Shown here one piece after another: positions 20,119 through 31,755 of a stretch of 64,000 bases of DNA. The notes under the pieces were generated by a model. That model had not been told where the DNA came from and made no database searches. It worked only from the letters and a program-made list of their open reading frames with translations. The first letter of the stretch is position 1. Each line of letters opens with the position of its first letter. The DNA is from Lacisediminimonas sp. Its GTDB lineage: Bacteria; Pseudomonadota; Gammaproteobacteria; Burkholderiales; Burkholderiaceae_D. Both the position numbers and the translations under genes were made by a program. The DNA is taken from contig NZ_JAUSNH010000042.1 of NCBI RefSeq assembly GCF_030645335.1, forward strand, positions 25,199 through 89,198, given 5' to 3'.

Positions 20119-23100
20119 ATGAACGCTCCCGCCAAAATCGACGCATTGTTGTCCGACGACCCACACGGCCTCCACGACCCTTCCACGGGGGTGCAGGAAG
20201 CTCGTTCGCGGCTGCGCGAAATCCCCTACAACTACACCTCGTTCTCCGATCGCGAGATCGTGATCCGCCTGCTGGGGGACGATGCCTGGAACTTGCTGGA
20301 AAAGCTGCGCGCAGTGCGCCAGACCGGGCGCTCGGCGCGCATGCTGTATGAAGTGCTCGGCGACATCTGGGTGGTGCGGCGCAATCCGTACCTGCAAGAC
20401 GACTTGCTCGACAATCCCAAGCGCCGGCACGCGCTGATCGACGCGCTGTATCACCGGCTGGGCGAAGTCGAGAAGCGACGCGTCACGACCGACGTCGCCG
20501 ATGCCGCCGATCCGGAGGCCGAGACCCGCAGCATCAACGTCGGCATCCTGCTCAAGGCGGCGCAAGCCGCGGTTGCCGAATTTGCCGACGAGTTCCGGCG
20601 CACCTGGGATTTGCGCAAGAGGGCCACTCGCGTGCTGGGCCGCCATACCGCGCGCGACAACATCAAGTTCGACGGGCTGTCCCGTGTCTCGCATGTGACC
20701 GACGCCACCGACTGGCGGGTCGAGTATCCGTTCGTGGTCCTGACGCCGGACGGCGAAGATGAAATGGCCGGCCTGGTCAAGGCCTGTATCGAACTGGGAC
20801 TGACCATCATCCCGCGCGGCGGCGGTACTGGCTATACGGGCGGCGCGATTCCGCTGACGCCGCTGTCGGCCGTGATCAATACCGAGAAGCTGGAGCAACT
20901 GGGGCCGGTGGAAATGATGACCCTGCCCGGGCTCGATCGCGAATACGCGACCATCTATTCGGGCGCCGGCGTAGTCACCAAGCGCGTCGCCGAAGCGGCA
21001 GAAAAGGAAGGATTCGTGTTCGCGGTCGACCCGACCTCTGCCGAAGCCTCCTGCATCGGCGGCAACATTGCGATGAACGCCGGCGGCAAGAAAGCCGTGC
21101 TGTGGGGGACTGCGCTGGACAACCTGGCCAGCTGGCGCATGGTGGATCCGAATGGCGACTGGCTCGAAGTCACCCGCCTGGAGCACAACCTCGGCAAGAT
21201 CCACGACGTACCGGTGGCGCGCTTCAAATTGGAGTGGACCCATCCGGCTGGCAAGGGCAAGACGGCCGAGCCTTTTCGCACCGAACTGCTGGATATCGCG
21301 GGGCGTACCTTCCGCAAGGAAGGTCTGGGCAAGGATGTCACGGACAAGTTCCTGGCCGGTTTGCCCGGCATCCAGAAGGAAGGCTGCGACGGCCTGATCA
21401 CCTCGGCCCGCTGGATCCTGCACAAGATGCCGAAATTCACGCGTACGGTGTGCCTGGAGTTTTTCGGCCAGGCGCGTGAGGCCATACCGTCGATCGTGGA
21501 AATCAAGGATTACCTGGATGCGCAGACCAGGCAGGGCGGCGCCATCCTGGCCGGCCTGGAGCATCTGGACGAGCGCTACCTGCGGGCGGTGGGTTATGCC
21601 ACCAAGTCCAAGCGCGGCGCACTGCCCAAGATGGCGCTGTTTGGCGACATCGTCGGCGATGACGACGAAGCCGTTGCCCGCGCAGCCTCCGAAGTGGTCC
21701 GTATCGCCAACACCCACGTTGGTGAAGGCTTTGTCGCGGTCAGCCCGGAAAGCCGCAAAAAATTCTGGCTCGATCGCGCCCGCACGGCCGCCATCGCCAA
21801 GCACACCAATGCCTTCAAGATCAATGAAGACGTGGTGATCCCGCTGAACCGCATGGGCGAGTACACCGACGGCATAGAACGCATCAACATCGAGCTGTCG
21901 ATACGCAACAAGCTGCAACTGGTCGATGAGCTGAGCGAATTCTTCCGCCGTGGCCACCTGCCCCTGGGCAAGAGCGACGATGCCGAAGGCGAGATCATTC
22001 CTGCCGCGGAATTGCTGGAAGATCGCGTCAGCCAGGCCGACCAGTTGCTGCTGCAGGTGCGCGAGCGCTGGTCTTACCTGCTCACGCAACTGGATCGGCC
22101 GCTGGCGGATGCGCGCGCGGACTTGCTCGAGCGCGGGCTGGCAACGCTGGCGCCCGAGATCGATGCGCGCCTGGCCAGGCAGCCAGACCTGCGCCTGTTC
22201 GATATCGTGCAAGACCGCACGATCCGCGTGTCATGGAAGAGCGAGCTGCGCCACGGGCTGCGCCAGATATTCAACGGCGGCGCGTTCCGCCTGGTGCTGG
22301 ACGAGTGCAATGCGATCCACAAGCGGGTCCTGCGCGGCCGCGTCTTCGTCGCTCTGCACATGCACGCCGGCGATGGCAACGTCCACACCAACTTGCCGGT
22401 CAACTCCGATCATTACCAGATGCTGCAGGATGCGCACGCCGCCGTGGCGCGCATCATGGCGCTGGCCCGTTCGCTGGATGGGGTGATTTCGGGCGAGCAC
22501 GGGATTGGCATCACCAAGCTTGAATTCCTGACCGAAGACGAGATCCGCGATTTCCGGCTCTACAAGGAGCGCGTCGATCCCGAAGGGCGGTTCAACAAGG
22601 GCAAGCTGCTGAACCTGGGCGGCCTGCATGCCGATTTGCGCAACGCCTACACGCCCTCGTTCGGCCTGATGGGGCACGAGTCGCTGATCATGCAGCAAAG
22701 CGACATTGGCGCCATCACCAGCAGCATCAAGGATTGCCTGCGCTGCGGCAAGTGCAAGCCGGTTTGCGCAACCCATGTGCCGCGCGCCAACTTGCTGTAT
22801 TCGCCGCGCAACAAGATATTGGCGACTTCGCTTTTGGTCGAAGCTTTCCTGTACGAGGAGCAGACCCGGCGCGGCATTTCGATCCGCCACTGGGAAGAGT
22901 TCGAGGACGTGGCCGACCACTGCACCGTGTGCCACAAATGCGTGACGCCGTGCCCGGTCGACATCGACTTCGGCGACGTCTCGATGAACATGCGCAACTT
23001 GCTGCGCAAGATGGACAAGAAGTCGTTCAAGCCCGGCACCGCCGCATCCATGTTCTTCCTCAACGCCACTGATCCGGCCACCATCAACGCCACGCGGCAA

Positions 23101-24147
23101 GTGATGATCGGCTGGGGCTACAAGGCACAGCGCATGGCCAACGATGTGTTGAAGAAGTTCGCCCGCGCGCAGACCAAGGCGCCGCCGGCAACCCACGGCA
23201 AAGCGCCGGTGCGCGAGCAGATCGTCCATTTCATCAACAAGAAGATGCCCGGCAACCTACCCAAGAAAACGGCGCGCGCCTTGCTCGACATTGAAGACAA
23301 CAAGATGGTCCCGGTCATCCGCGACCCGAAAACGACCCGCGCCGAGACCGAGGCAGTGTTCTATTTCCCCGGTTGCGGCTCCGAACGGCTGTTTTCCCAA
23401 GTCGGCCTGGCCACGCAGGCGATGTTGTGGCATGTCGGCGTGCAGACGGTGTTGCCGCCCGGCTATCTGTGCTGCGGCTATCCGCAGCGCGGCAATGGCG
23501 AATTCGACAAGGCCGAAAAAATCATTACCGACAACCGGGTATTGTTCCACCGCGTTGCCAACACGCTCAACTACCTCGACATCAAGACCGTGATCGTGTC
23601 CTGCGGAACTTGCTACGACCAGTTGCAGGGCTATGAATTCGACAAGATATTCCCCGGCTGCCGGATCATCGACATCCACGAATACCTGCTTGAAAAAGGC
23701 GTGCAGATGGCGGGCGTGGCGGGCGTTCGCTACATGTATCACGACCCTTGCCATTCGCCGATGAAGCAGCAGGATCCGCTGAAGACGCTCAATTCGCTGA
23801 TCGTGACGACGGCCCAGGAAAAAATCGAGAAAAACGATCGCTGCTGCGGCGAGTCGGGAACGCTCGCGGTCAGCCGGCCCGACATTTCAACCCAGGTCCG
23901 TTTCCGCAAGGAAGCCGAAATGGAAAAAGGTGCCGGGCGGCTGCGCGAGGACGGATTCGACGGCGACGTGAAGATACTGACTTCGTGCCCATCCTGCTTG
24001 CAGGGCCTGTCGCGTTTCAACGAGGACGCCGGCACCACCGCAGACTATATCGTGGTCGAAATGGCGCGCCACTTGCTGGGCCCCAACTGGCTGCCCGAGT
24101 ATGTCGCACGCGCCAATGACGGCGGCATCGAACGCATCCTGGTATGA
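20119..24147 (+). CDS. Large FAD-linked/Fe-S oxidoreductase (DUF3683 family)
   Basis: [13 protein letters not shown]-terminus, [14 protein letters not shown]-binding, [10 protein letters not shown] and SGEHGIG, two ferredoxin-like Cys clusters (CLRCGKC..C; CTVCHKC..C), CCG motifs. Confidence 0.9.
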   Translation: MNAPAKIDALLSDDPHGLHDPSTGVQEARSRLREIPYNYTSFSDREIVIRLLGDDAWNLLEKLRAVRQTGRSARMLYEVLGDIWVVRRNPYLQDDLLDNPKRRHALIDALYHRLGEVEKRRVTTDVADAADPEAETRSINVGILLKAAQAAVAEFADEFRRTWDLRKRATRVLGRHTARDNIKFDGLSRVSHVTDATDWRVEYPFVVLTPDGEDEMAGLVKACIELGLTIIPRGGGTGYTGGAIPLTPLSAVINTEKLEQLGPVEMMTLPGLDREYATIYSGAGVVTKRVAEAAEKEGFVFAVDPTSAEASCIGGNIAMNAGGKKAVLWGTALDNLASWRMVDPNGDWLEVTRLEHNLGKIHDVPVARFKLEWTHPAGKGKTAEPFRTELLDIAGRTFRKEGLGKDVTDKFLAGLPGIQKEGCDGLITSARWILHKMPKFTRTVCLEFFGQAREAIPSIVEIKDYLDAQTRQGGAILAGLEHLDERYLRAVGYATKSKRGALPKMALFGDIVGDDDEAVARAASEVVRIANTHVGEGFVAVSPESRKKFWLDRARTAAIAKHTNAFKINEDVVIPLNRMGEYTDGIERINIELSIRNKLQLVDELSEFFRRGHLPLGKSDDAEGEIIPAAELLEDRVSQADQLLLQVRERWSYLLTQLDRPLADARADLLERGLATLAPEIDARLARQPDLRLFDIVQDRTIRVSWKSELRHGLRQIFNGGAFRLVLDECNAIHKRVLRGRVFVALHMHAGDGNVHTNLPVNSDHYQMLQDAHAAVARIMALARSLDGVISGEHGIGITKLEFLTEDEIRDFRLYKERVDPEGRFNKGKLLNLGGLHADLRNAYTPSFGLMGHESLIMQQSDIGAITSSIKDCLRCGKCKPVCATHVPRANLLYSPRNKILATSLLVEAFLYEEQTRRGISIRHWEEFEDVADHCTVCHKCVTPCPVDIDFGDVSMNMRNLLRKMDKKSFKPGTAASMFFLNATDPATINATRQVMIGWGYKAQRMANDVLKKFARAQTKAPPATHGKAPVREQIVHFINKKMPGNLPKKTARALLDIEDNKMVPVIRDPKTTRAETEAVFYFPGCGSERLFSQVGLATQAMLWHVGVQTVLPPGYLCCGYPQRGNGEFDKAEKIITDNRVLFHRVANTLNYLDIKTVIVSCGTCYDQLQGYEFDKIFPGCRIIDIHEYLLEKGVQMAGVAGVRYMYHDPCHSPMKQQDPLKTLNSLIVTTAQEKIEKNDRCCGESGTLAVSRPDISTQVRFRKEAEMEKGAGRLREDGFDGDVKILTSCPSCLQGLSRFNEDAGTTADYIVVEMARHLLGPNWLPEYVARANDGGIERILV

Positions 24148-24151
24148 GGCA

Positions 24152-24613
24152 ATGAGCACCACTGATGCCGGTTGTGAGCTGTGCGCCAGCCCGGGCGGCG
24201 AATTATTGTTCCAGGACGGGCAATTGCGTGTCGTGCTGGTCGACGACGCCGACTATCCCGGCTTTTGCCGCGTCATCTGGCAGGCGCATGTGCGCGAAAT
24301 GACCGACCTGTCCCGGCCGCAGCGCGCGCACCTGATGGACGCCGTATGCACGCTTGAATCGGCAGTGCGGCGCGTGATGTCCCCCGACAAGATCAATCTC
24401 GCAAGCCTGGGCAACATGACGCCGCACCTGCACTGGCATGTCATCCCGCGCTATGCGGATGACGCCCATTTCCCGGGCGCGGTCTGGGCTGCGCGGCGGC
24501 AAAAGACCCAGCAGGAAGCAGATGCCGATGCGCAGTCCCGGGCGCGCCGGCAGGCATTGTTGCCGGCCTTGCGCGCCGAAATAATCCGTCAGTTTTCATC
24601 GACCCAGGAGTAA
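24152..24613 (+). CDS. HIT-family hydrolase
   Basis: CELC N-terminus and KINLASLGNMTPHLHWHVIPR histidine triad. Confidence 0.9.
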   Translation: MSTTDAGCELCASPGGELLFQDGQLRVVLVDDADYPGFCRVIWQAHVREMTDLSRPQRAHLMDAVCTLESAVRRVMSPDKINLASLGNMTPHLHWHVIPRYADDAHFPGAVWAARRQKTQQEADADAQSRARRQALLPALRAEIIRQFSSTQE

Positions 24614-24619
24614 GTTGCC

Positions 24620-25051
24620 ATGTCACAAAATTCCGCTGGTCCGGCGCCGGTCCCGACCGAAATCACGGTGCGGCAGCAGTCGCGGGTGCTCGAACTGGCT
24701 TTCGAGAGCGGCGAAAAATTCGAATTGCCGTTCGAGCTGTTGCGCGTGTATTCGCCATCGGCCGAAGTCAGGGGCCACGGCCCCGGGCAGGAAACCCTGC
24801 AGACCGGCAAGCGCATGGTCGAACTGACGGCGCTGGAGCCGGTCGGACACTATGCGGTCCAGCCGCACTTTTCCGATGGACACAACACCGGGATTTATTC
24901 TTGGGAATACCTGTATTGGCTGGGCACCAACCAGCCCGCGCTGTGGGACAACTACCTGCAACGCCTTGACGATGCCGGTCACGGGCGCGTCGCCGGCCGC
25001 GACCTGTCCATGCTGGTGGCAGCGGCTTCTGGCCACGGCTGCGGCAATTAA
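24620..25051 (+). CDS. DUF971 / gamma-butyrobetaine hydroxylase N-terminal-like protein
   Basis: LRVYSPSAEVRGHG, VGHYAV, FSDGHNTGIYSWEYL. Confidence 0.88.
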   Translation: MSQNSAGPAPVPTEITVRQQSRVLELAFESGEKFELPFELLRVYSPSAEVRGHGPGQETLQTGKRMVELTALEPVGHYAVQPHFSDGHNTGIYSWEYLYWLGTNQPALWDNYLQRLDDAGHGRVAGRDLSMLVAAASGHGCGN

Positions 25052-25149
25052 GGATTTTCCTGTATAACTCTTCGGTAATGACGCAAGAACTCACCGGAAA
25101 AGCACGGGGCTGCAATTTATAATGCAGCCTCGCAAACAGCTCGCACATC

Positions 25150-25884
25150 ATGCCCAATAGCACGCACTTCGGATATCAGTCGGTTGCTGAAGAAGACAAA
25201 GTACATAAAGTTGCTGAAGTCTTCCATTCGGTAGCGGGCAAGTATGACGTGATGAACGACCTGATGTCGGCTGGCCTGCATCGGATCTGGAAAGCGTTTA
25301 CAGTGGCGCAAGCAGGTGTACGGCCGGGGTTCAAGGTATTGGACATTGCAGGTGGAACGGGTGACCTGGCGCGGGCATTTGCACGCAAGGCCGGGCCGAC
25401 GGGAGAAGTCTGGCTGACCGACATCAATGAATCGATGCTGCGGGTCGGGCGCGATAATCTCTTGAACGATGGCCTGGTGACCCCCACCTTGCTGTGCGAT
25501 GCCGAGCGTTTGCCATTCCCGTCAAATTATTTCGACCGGGTAAGCGTTGCCTTCGGCTTGCGCAACATGACGCACAAGGATAGGGCGCTGGCGGAAATGC
25601 AGCGTGTGCTCAAGCCGGGCGGTAAGCTGCTGGTACTGGAATTTTCGAAGGTGTGGGAGCCGCTGAAGAAGCCGTACGACGTGTACTCCTTTTCGGTACT
25701 CCCCTGGCTGGGAAAGCGCATTGCCAACGATGCAGAGAGTTATCGGTATCTCGCTGAATCGATCCGGATGCATCCGGACCAGGAAACCCTGAAGCAGATG
25801 ATGCAGGACGCCGGGCTGGAACAAGTACAGTATTTCAACCTTACCGCTGGTGTGGCGGCGCTTCACACAGGTGTCAAATTCTAG
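25150..25884 (+). CDS. ubiE: Ubiquinone/menaquinone C-methyltransferase
   Basis: [39 protein letters not shown]. Confidence 0.97.
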   Translation: MPNSTHFGYQSVAEEDKVHKVAEVFHSVAGKYDVMNDLMSAGLHRIWKAFTVAQAGVRPGFKVLDIAGGTGDLARAFARKAGPTGEVWLTDINESMLRVGRDNLLNDGLVTPTLLCDAERLPFPSNYFDRVSVAFGLRNMTHKDRALAEMQRVLKPGGKLLVLEFSKVWEPLKKPYDVYSFSVLPWLGKRIANDAESYRYLAESIRMHPDQETLKQMMQDAGLEQVQYFNLTAGVAALHTGVKF

Positions 25885-25893
25885 GAGACGTTG

Positions 25894-26841
25894 ATGAAGA
25901 AAATGTTTATTGCAATGATGCTGGTACTTGCCAGCACGGCAGCCGTTGTGGCCGATGCGGAAGCCAAGCGTCTTGGCGGCGGCGGTTCAATCGGCCGCCA
26001 GTCGACAACTGCCGGCAAGGCTCCGGCCGGCCCGATGCAGCAACAGCAGGCGACCCGCCAGGCGACACCGCCTGCAGCCGCTCCTGGCGCAGCAGCGGCC
26101 AAGCCGGCCAGCCCATGGCGCGGCCTGTTGGGTGGCGCCTTGCTGGGCCTGGGCCTGGGTGCGCTGTTGTCCCACCTGGGAATGGGTGGCGCGCTGGCCA
26201 GCATGATCGGCACGATCCTGACTTTTGCGCTGATCGCGGGTGCAGTGTTCTTCCTGTACCGGTATTTCACCCGCAACAAATCCGGTGCGCAGCCGACGCC
26301 GGCATATGCTGGCGGCTACGCGGCACAGTCCTCAACGCCTGAAATTGGTTCGGGACTGGAACAATCCGCACGTCCGGCTGCTCTCCAGGGCGAAACCAGC
26401 GCATCCGGCTCGGCCAATCCTGCGCTGGGCGCAGTGGCTTATGGTGTGCCGGCGGATTTCGACATCCCGGCTTTCCTGCGCCACGCAAAGACGTATTTCA
26501 TCCGCTTGCAAGCAGCCTGGGACAAGGGCGATGTCAAGGACCTGGCCGAATTCACGACGCCGGAAATGTATGCCGAGCTGAAAATGCAAATCCAGGAGCG
26601 TGGTGCGGCCGAGAATGTGACGGAAGTGGTGTCGGTCAACGCCGAGCAGCTGGGCATCGAGGAGCAGGGCACTGACTATTTGGCCAGCGTGCGCTTCGAA
26701 GGCCTGATCCGCGAAAGCGCGCAGTCCAATACCGCGCCCTTCACCGAGATCTGGAACCTGCAAAAGCCAATCAATGGCCAGGGCGGCTGGATGCTTGCCG
26801 GCGTCCAGCAAGTTTCGCAGGATCCGGAAACGCTGCACTGA
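25894..26841 (+). CDS. Tim44-like domain protein
   Basis: Signal peptide, AKRLGGGGSIGR, FIRLQAAWD, FTEIWNL...WMLAGVQQ. Confidence 0.88.
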   Translation: MKKMFIAMMLVLASTAAVVADAEAKRLGGGGSIGRQSTTAGKAPAGPMQQQQATRQATPPAAAPGAAAAKPASPWRGLLGGALLGLGLGALLSHLGMGGALASMIGTILTFALIAGAVFFLYRYFTRNKSGAQPTPAYAGGYAAQSSTPEIGSGLEQSARPAALQGETSASGSANPALGAVAYGVPADFDIPAFLRHAKTYFIRLQAAWDKGDVKDLAEFTTPEMYAELKMQIQERGAAENVTEVVSVNAEQLGIEEQGTDYLASVRFEGLIRESAQSNTAPFTEIWNLQKPINGQGGWMLAGVQQVSQDPETLH

Positions 26842-26884
26842 ACGCATCGCCTGCCCGTTGGGCAGGTGCAAGCTGTTAAACTGG

Positions 26885-26913
26885 AAACCGCCCGTTGACC
26901 GGGCGGTTTTTTT
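26885..26913 (+). terminator. Intrinsic terminator after the Tim44 gene
   Basis: AAACCGCCCG-TTGAC-CGGGCGGTTT followed by further Ts. Confidence 0.8.
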
Positions 26914-26928
26914 ATTGCGCAATCCCTG

Positions 26929-27504
26929 ATGACACCTTCCCTACTTGCTGCCGGCATCAACCACCTGCTCGAACAGGACCCGGTTGAAAAGTCGCGCCTG
27001 GCCGCCCATGCCGGCAAGATCGCGCGTGTGGACGCCGGCGTGGCCGACCTGCGGCTGGTGGTCGACGCTGGCGGTTCGGTGTCGCCGGCCGATCCGGCGC
27101 TGGCGCCGAATGTCTCGATTTTCATCAAGGCGGGCGATTTGCCGCTATTGTTGCAGGATCGCAGCCGTGCTTTTTCGATGGTTCGTATCGAGGGCGATGC
27201 GGAATTCGCCAGCGCGCTGTCGCAATTGATGAACAATTTGCGTTGGGACGCCGAGGAAGATCTTTCCCGGCTGTTCGGCGACCTTGCCGCCGTGCGGATT
27301 GCGGCTACGGCAAGAAAAGGCTGGGACGCTGCGCGTTCGGCGCACACAAGCGTAATGGAAAACATGGTGGAATACCTGCTGGAAGAGAATCCGACTCTGG
27401 TACGCCAGCAGTCGATGCGGGACTTCGGTGCTGCCGTCAGTGCGCTGCGCGATGATGTCGAGCGGCTGGCCAAGCGGCTCGACAAGATCAAGGGGCGGGC
27501 ATGA
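26929..27504 (+). CDS. ubiJ: Ubiquinone biosynthesis accessory factor UbiJ (SCP2 domain)
   Basis: [31 protein letters not shown]; lies between ubiE and ubiB. Confidence 0.85.
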   Translation: MTPSLLAAGINHLLEQDPVEKSRLAAHAGKIARVDAGVADLRLVVDAGGSVSPADPALAPNVSIFIKAGDLPLLLQDRSRAFSMVRIEGDAEFASALSQLMNNLRWDAEEDLSRLFGDLAAVRIAATARKGWDAARSAHTSVMENMVEYLLEENPTLVRQQSMRDFGAAVSALRDDVERLAKRLDKIKGRA

Positions 27505-29072
27505 CCGGCCGCATCCTGCGGGTGCTCAAGATCGTGCGCGTCATCTTGCGCCACGGCCTGGACCACATGGCGGTATCCGAGCTGGGCGCGCCGCGCCTGG
27601 CGCGCTTCATCGACGGCCTGTTTTTCTGGCGCGACCTTTCGGCGCCGCGCGGCGTGCGCTTGCGACAGGCGCTGGAAGAACTTGGGCCGATATTCGTCAA
27701 ATTCGGCCAGGTGCTATCCACCCGGCGCGACTTGCTGCCGCGCGATGTTGCCGACGAGCTGGCGCTGCTGCAGGACCGGGTTCCGCCCTTTCCGTCTGCC
27801 CTGGCGGTGGAGCAGATCCGTCGCTCGCTCGGTGCGCACCCCGACGAGCTGTTCGCTTCGTTCGAACGTGAGCCGGTGGCCTCGGCGTCGATCGCACAGG
27901 TTCACTTCGCAGTCCTGAAAACCGGCGCCGAAGTCGCCGTCAAGGTGCTGCGTCCCGGCATGCGACGCTCCATCGACGAAGACTTGCAGTTGCTGCGCAT
28001 CGCAGCCGGCTGGGTGGAGCGCTGGTGGGCGGATGGCAAGCGCCTTCGTCCGCAGGCAGTCGTGGCCGAGTTCGACAAATACCTGCACGACGAGCTCGAC
28101 CTGATGCGGGAAGCGGCCAATGCCAGCCAGTTGCGCCGCAATTTTGCCGGTTCAGACCTGTTGTCCGTGCCGGAAATGGTTTGGGACTACTGCTCCGAAT
28201 CCGTGATCGTGATGGAGCGCATGCGCGGTATCCCGATCTCGCAGATCGACCGTCTGGTGGCTGCTGGCGTGGACCTCAAGAAGTTGTCACGCGATGGCGT
28301 GGAAATTTTCTTCACACAGGTCTTTCGCGACGGCTTCTTCCATGCCGACATGCATCCGGGGAACATCCTGGTATCGATCGAACCCGCCACCCTGGGCCGC
28401 TATATCGCACTCGATTTCGGCATCGTCGGAACCCTGACCGACTTCGACAAGGATTATCTGTCGCAAAACTTCCTGGCCTTTTTCCGGCGCGACTACAAGC
28501 GCGTCGCCGAAGCGCATATCGAATCGGGCTGGGCGCCGAAAGAGACCCGGGTCGATGAACTCGAAGCCGCCGTACGCGCCTGTTGCGAGCCGATCTTCGA
28601 CCGGCCCCTGCGCGACATTTCATTCGGACAGGTGCTGCTGCGGCTATTCCAGACTTCGCGCCGCTTCAATGTCGAAGTCCAGCCACAGCTGGTGCTGCTG
28701 CAAAAGACACTGCTCAATATTGAAGGACTGGGCCGCCAGCTCGATCCTGAACTGGACTTGTGGAAAACGGCAAAGCCCCACCTGGAGCGCTGGATGAAGG
28801 AACAGGTTGGCTGGCGCGGCCTGCTGGAGCGGCTGCGCGCCGAAGCGCCGCGCTACAGTCAGTTGCTGCCCCAACTGCCACGCCTGGCGCACCAGGCGCT
28901 GACAAGGGAAGTGCATGGTGACGCGCGCCAGGACCAATTGCTGCAGCAGTTGCTCAGCGAGCAGCGGCGAACCAACTTGCTGCTGTCGACGGCGATTTAT
29001 TTCGGCGGCGGCTTGTTGCTCGGCGTGCTGGTGGTCCAGCTCGTGCTGCGCTGGCATTACTGGCTCGGTTGA
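27501..29072 (+). CDS. ubiB: Ubiquinone biosynthesis kinase-like protein UbiB
   Basis: [40 protein letters not shown]. Confidence 0.97.
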   Translation: MTGRILRVLKIVRVILRHGLDHMAVSELGAPRLARFIDGLFFWRDLSAPRGVRLRQALEELGPIFVKFGQVLSTRRDLLPRDVADELALLQDRVPPFPSALAVEQIRRSLGAHPDELFASFEREPVASASIAQVHFAVLKTGAEVAVKVLRPGMRRSIDEDLQLLRIAAGWVERWWADGKRLRPQAVVAEFDKYLHDELDLMREAANASQLRRNFAGSDLLSVPEMVWDYCSESVIVMERMRGIPISQIDRLVAAGVDLKKLSRDGVEIFFTQVFRDGFFHADMHPGNILVSIEPATLGRYIALDFGIVGTLTDFDKDYLSQNFLAFFRRDYKRVAEAHIESGWAPKETRVDELEAAVRACCEPIFDRPLRDISFGQVLLRLFQTSRRFNVEVQPQLVLLQKTLLNIEGLGRQLDPELDLWKTAKPHLERWMKEQVGWRGLLERLRAEAPRYSQLLPQLPRLAHQALTREVHGDARQDQLLQQLLSEQRRTNLLLSTAIYFGGGLLLGVLVVQLVLRWHYWLG

Positions 29073-29178
29073 GCCGGCTGGCGCGGCTGGCCGGGCTACC
29101 AATTCCCGCCATCGCTTGGCTATAATCCTGCGTCAGCACTGACCGATTAACCCTGCCTGGCGTTGCAAAGACCATCCC

Positions 29179-30648
29179 ATGAATGCACTGATCTGGTTCA
29201 TCGTCGCCTATTGGCTCGTCACCCTGGGCATCGGCGTATATGCCTCGCGCCTGGTGAAAAACTCGCGCGATTTCGCACTGGCCGGTCGCTCGCTGCCGAT
29301 GTATATCGTGACCGCGACGGTGTTCGCTACCTGGTTCGGGGCGGAGACCGTGCTCGGCATTTCATCGACCTTCGTCAAGGAAGGCCTCGCCGGGATCGTG
29401 TCCGATCCGTTCGGGTCCTCGATGTGCCTGATCCTGGTGGGCCTGTTCTTCGCCCGGCCCCTGTACCGGATGAACTTGCTGACGATCGGCGACTATTTCC
29501 GGCAAAAGTACGGGCGCACGGTCGAGATCCTGGTCAGCTTGTGCATCGTGGTGTCCTATCTCGGCTGGGTGGCTGCGCAGATCAAGGCGCTCGGGCTGGT
29601 ATTCAATGTCGTCTCCGGAGGCTATGTGTCGATGGAAGCCGGCATGATCATTGGCGCAGCCAGCGTGCTGTTGTACACGCTGCTGGGCGGCATGTGGTCG
29701 GTGGCGCTGACCGATTTCATCCAGATGATCATCATCGTGCTGGGCATGCTGTACATCGGCTGGGAGATATCCGGCATGGTGGGTGGCGCCGGCAATGTGA
29801 TCGCCCATGCACATGCCGCCGGAAAGTTTGAATTCTGGCCGGCGCCCACGCCCAGAGACCTGCTCTGGTTCATTGCGGCGTGGATCACGATGATGCTGGG
29901 GTCGATACCGCAGCAGGACGTATTCCAGCGGGTCGCCTCGTCGGCCAACGAAAAGATCGCCGGCCGCGCCGCCATCCTGGGTGGCGTGATGTATTTCTGC
30001 TTCGCCTTCATTCCGATGTTCCTGGCGTATTCGGCCAGCCTGATCGATCCAAAGATGTTTGCCGAGCTGATCGACAAGGATCCGCAACTCATCCTGCCCA
30101 CACTGATCATGAACAATGTCCCGCTGCTGGCCCAGGTGCTGTTCTTTGGTGCGCTGCTGTCGGCCATCAAGAGTTCAGCCAGCGCCACACTGCTGGCACC
30201 ATCGGTCATCGTCACCGAAAATATCCTGCGCGGGATCTGGCCCGGCCAGACGGACCGGCAATTCCTGTTCACGATGCGCTCCGTGGTGTTCGTCTTTACC
30301 GTCATCGTTACCGTCTTTGCGCTCAATTCCAGTTCCAGCATCTTCCACATGGTCGAGAATGCGTACAAGATCACGCTGGTGGCAGCCTTTGTCCCGCTGG
30401 CCTTCGGCATGTACTGGAAGCGGGCAACCCGGCAAGGCGCACTGGCGGCCATCCTGCTGGGCTTTGGCAGCTGGATCCTGATGGAGGTGTTTGCGCCGGC
30501 GGGAACCTGGCCGCCGCAATTGGTCGGCGTGCTGGTCAGCCTGGCCGGCATGCTGGCTGGTTCATTGCTCCCGCAATGGGTCCGGCACCACGGGCTGGCG
30601 CTGCACGCTGCGGCAAAGTCCTCGGATCCGGGACAAAACCCTCTATAA
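29179..30648 (+). CDS. Sodium:solute symporter (SSS) family protein
   Basis: DFALAGR, ATWFGAE, YTLLGGMWSVALTD, QRVAS; many TM segments. Confidence 0.9.
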   Translation: MNALIWFIVAYWLVTLGIGVYASRLVKNSRDFALAGRSLPMYIVTATVFATWFGAETVLGISSTFVKEGLAGIVSDPFGSSMCLILVGLFFARPLYRMNLLTIGDYFRQKYGRTVEILVSLCIVVSYLGWVAAQIKALGLVFNVVSGGYVSMEAGMIIGAASVLLYTLLGGMWSVALTDFIQMIIIVLGMLYIGWEISGMVGGAGNVIAHAHAAGKFEFWPAPTPRDLLWFIAAWITMMLGSIPQQDVFQRVASSANEKIAGRAAILGGVMYFCFAFIPMFLAYSASLIDPKMFAELIDKDPQLILPTLIMNNVPLLAQVLFFGALLSAIKSSASATLLAPSVIVTENILRGIWPGQTDRQFLFTMRSVVFVFTVIVTVFALNSSSSIFHMVENAYKITLVAAFVPLAFGMYWKRATRQGALAAILLGFGSWILMEVFAPAGTWPPQLVGVLVSLAGMLAGSLLPQWVRHHGLALHAAAKSSDPGQNPL

Positions 30649-30685
30649 TTCAGGGTTTTGTACGATTTTTTGGAACGAGGACTTC

Positions 30686-31042
30686 ATGCCTATTTACGCC
30701 TACCGCTGCCAGTCTTGCGGTTTTGCCAAGGACGCCCTGCAGAAAGTATCCGATCCTGCGCTGACGGAATGCCCGGAGTGTCACCAGCCTACCTTCCGCA
30801 AACAGCTGACGGCTGCCGGTTTCCAGCTCAAGGGCACCGGTTGGTATGTGACTGATTTCCGGGACGGCCAGAAGAAGCCGCCTGCCACTGGCGTTGCGCC
30901 CGCGACTGCTGCGGCAAGCGAAGCCGGCGCTGCCGGTGACGCCGGCTCCAGTACTGCCGGAAAGTCCGAAAGCAGCACCAGCACGAGCACGAGTACCACA
31001 CCGGCCACACCGGCGAGCACCTCCGGCGACGCTGCCGCCTGA
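30686..31042 (+). CDS. FmdB-family zinc-ribbon protein
   Basis: MPIYAYRCQSCG...CPEC...FQLKGTGWYVTDF, with a low-complexity S/T/A tail. Confidence 0.9.
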   Translation: MPIYAYRCQSCGFAKDALQKVSDPALTECPECHQPTFRKQLTAAGFQLKGTGWYVTDFRDGQKKPPATGVAPATAAASEAGAAGDAGSSTAGKSESSTSTSTSTTPATPASTSGDAAA

Positions 31043-31075
31043 ACCTGAACCCGTAGCCTCCTGCAGGATTTTTCC

Positions 31076-31717
31076 ATGCGCAAATATTTCATCACGGGCC
31101 TCTTGGTACTCGTTCCGCTTGCCATTACCGTCTGGGTGGTGAACCTGATCATTGGCACCATGGATCAGTCGCTGCTGCTGCTGCCCGAAAAATGGCGGCC
31201 TGCCGCGCTGTTTGGCTTCAGCGTGCCGGGACTGGGCACCTTGCTGACGCTGCTGGTGATCCTGGTCACTGGCCTGGCCACCCACAACTTTGTCGGCAAG
31301 CAGGTGGTGCTGGTGTGGGAGATGCTGGTCAAGCGGATTCCCGTGGTCAGCTCCATCTACAACAGCGTCAAGCAGGTTTCGGACACGCTGTTTTCCTCGT
31401 CGGGCAATGCCTTTCGCAAGGCAGTGCTGGTCCAGTATCCGCGCCAGAATTCATGGACCATCGCCTTCATGACAGGCGTGCCCGGCGGCGACGTGCGCAA
31501 CCACCTGCATGGCGACTACATCAGCCTGTATGTGCCAACCACGCCGAATCCGACATCAGGATTTTTCCTGATGGTTTTACGCAGCGACACCATCGAACTC
31601 GACATGAATGTCGACGAGGCGCTGAAATACATCGTCTCGATGGGCGTTGTGTCGCCCGAATTTTTTGAGAAAACCCACATCATCGATCCGGCCAAGTCCG
31701 AAACGAACGAGGGTTGA
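31076..31717 (+). CDS. DUF502 membrane protein
   Basis: [28 protein letters not shown]. Confidence 0.9.
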   Translation: MRKYFITGLLVLVPLAITVWVVNLIIGTMDQSLLLLPEKWRPAALFGFSVPGLGTLLTLLVILVTGLATHNFVGKQVVLVWEMLVKRIPVVSSIYNSVKQVSDTLFSSSGNAFRKAVLVQYPRQNSWTIAFMTGVPGGDVRNHLHGDYISLYVPTTPNPTSGFFLMVLRSDTIELDMNVDEALKYIVSMGVVSPEFFEKTHIIDPAKSETNEG

Positions 31718-31755
31718 CCGGCACTGTCCGGAATAGAATACGAACTGGAAAAATC

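Noticed and set aside
20095-22212. 705-aa antisense ORF over the DUF3683 gene
   Set aside because: Same antisense-shadow artefact; no domain signatures.
30971-31021. AGCACN repeats in the FmdB gene
   Set aside because: They encode the Ser/Thr low-complexity tail usual in this family.
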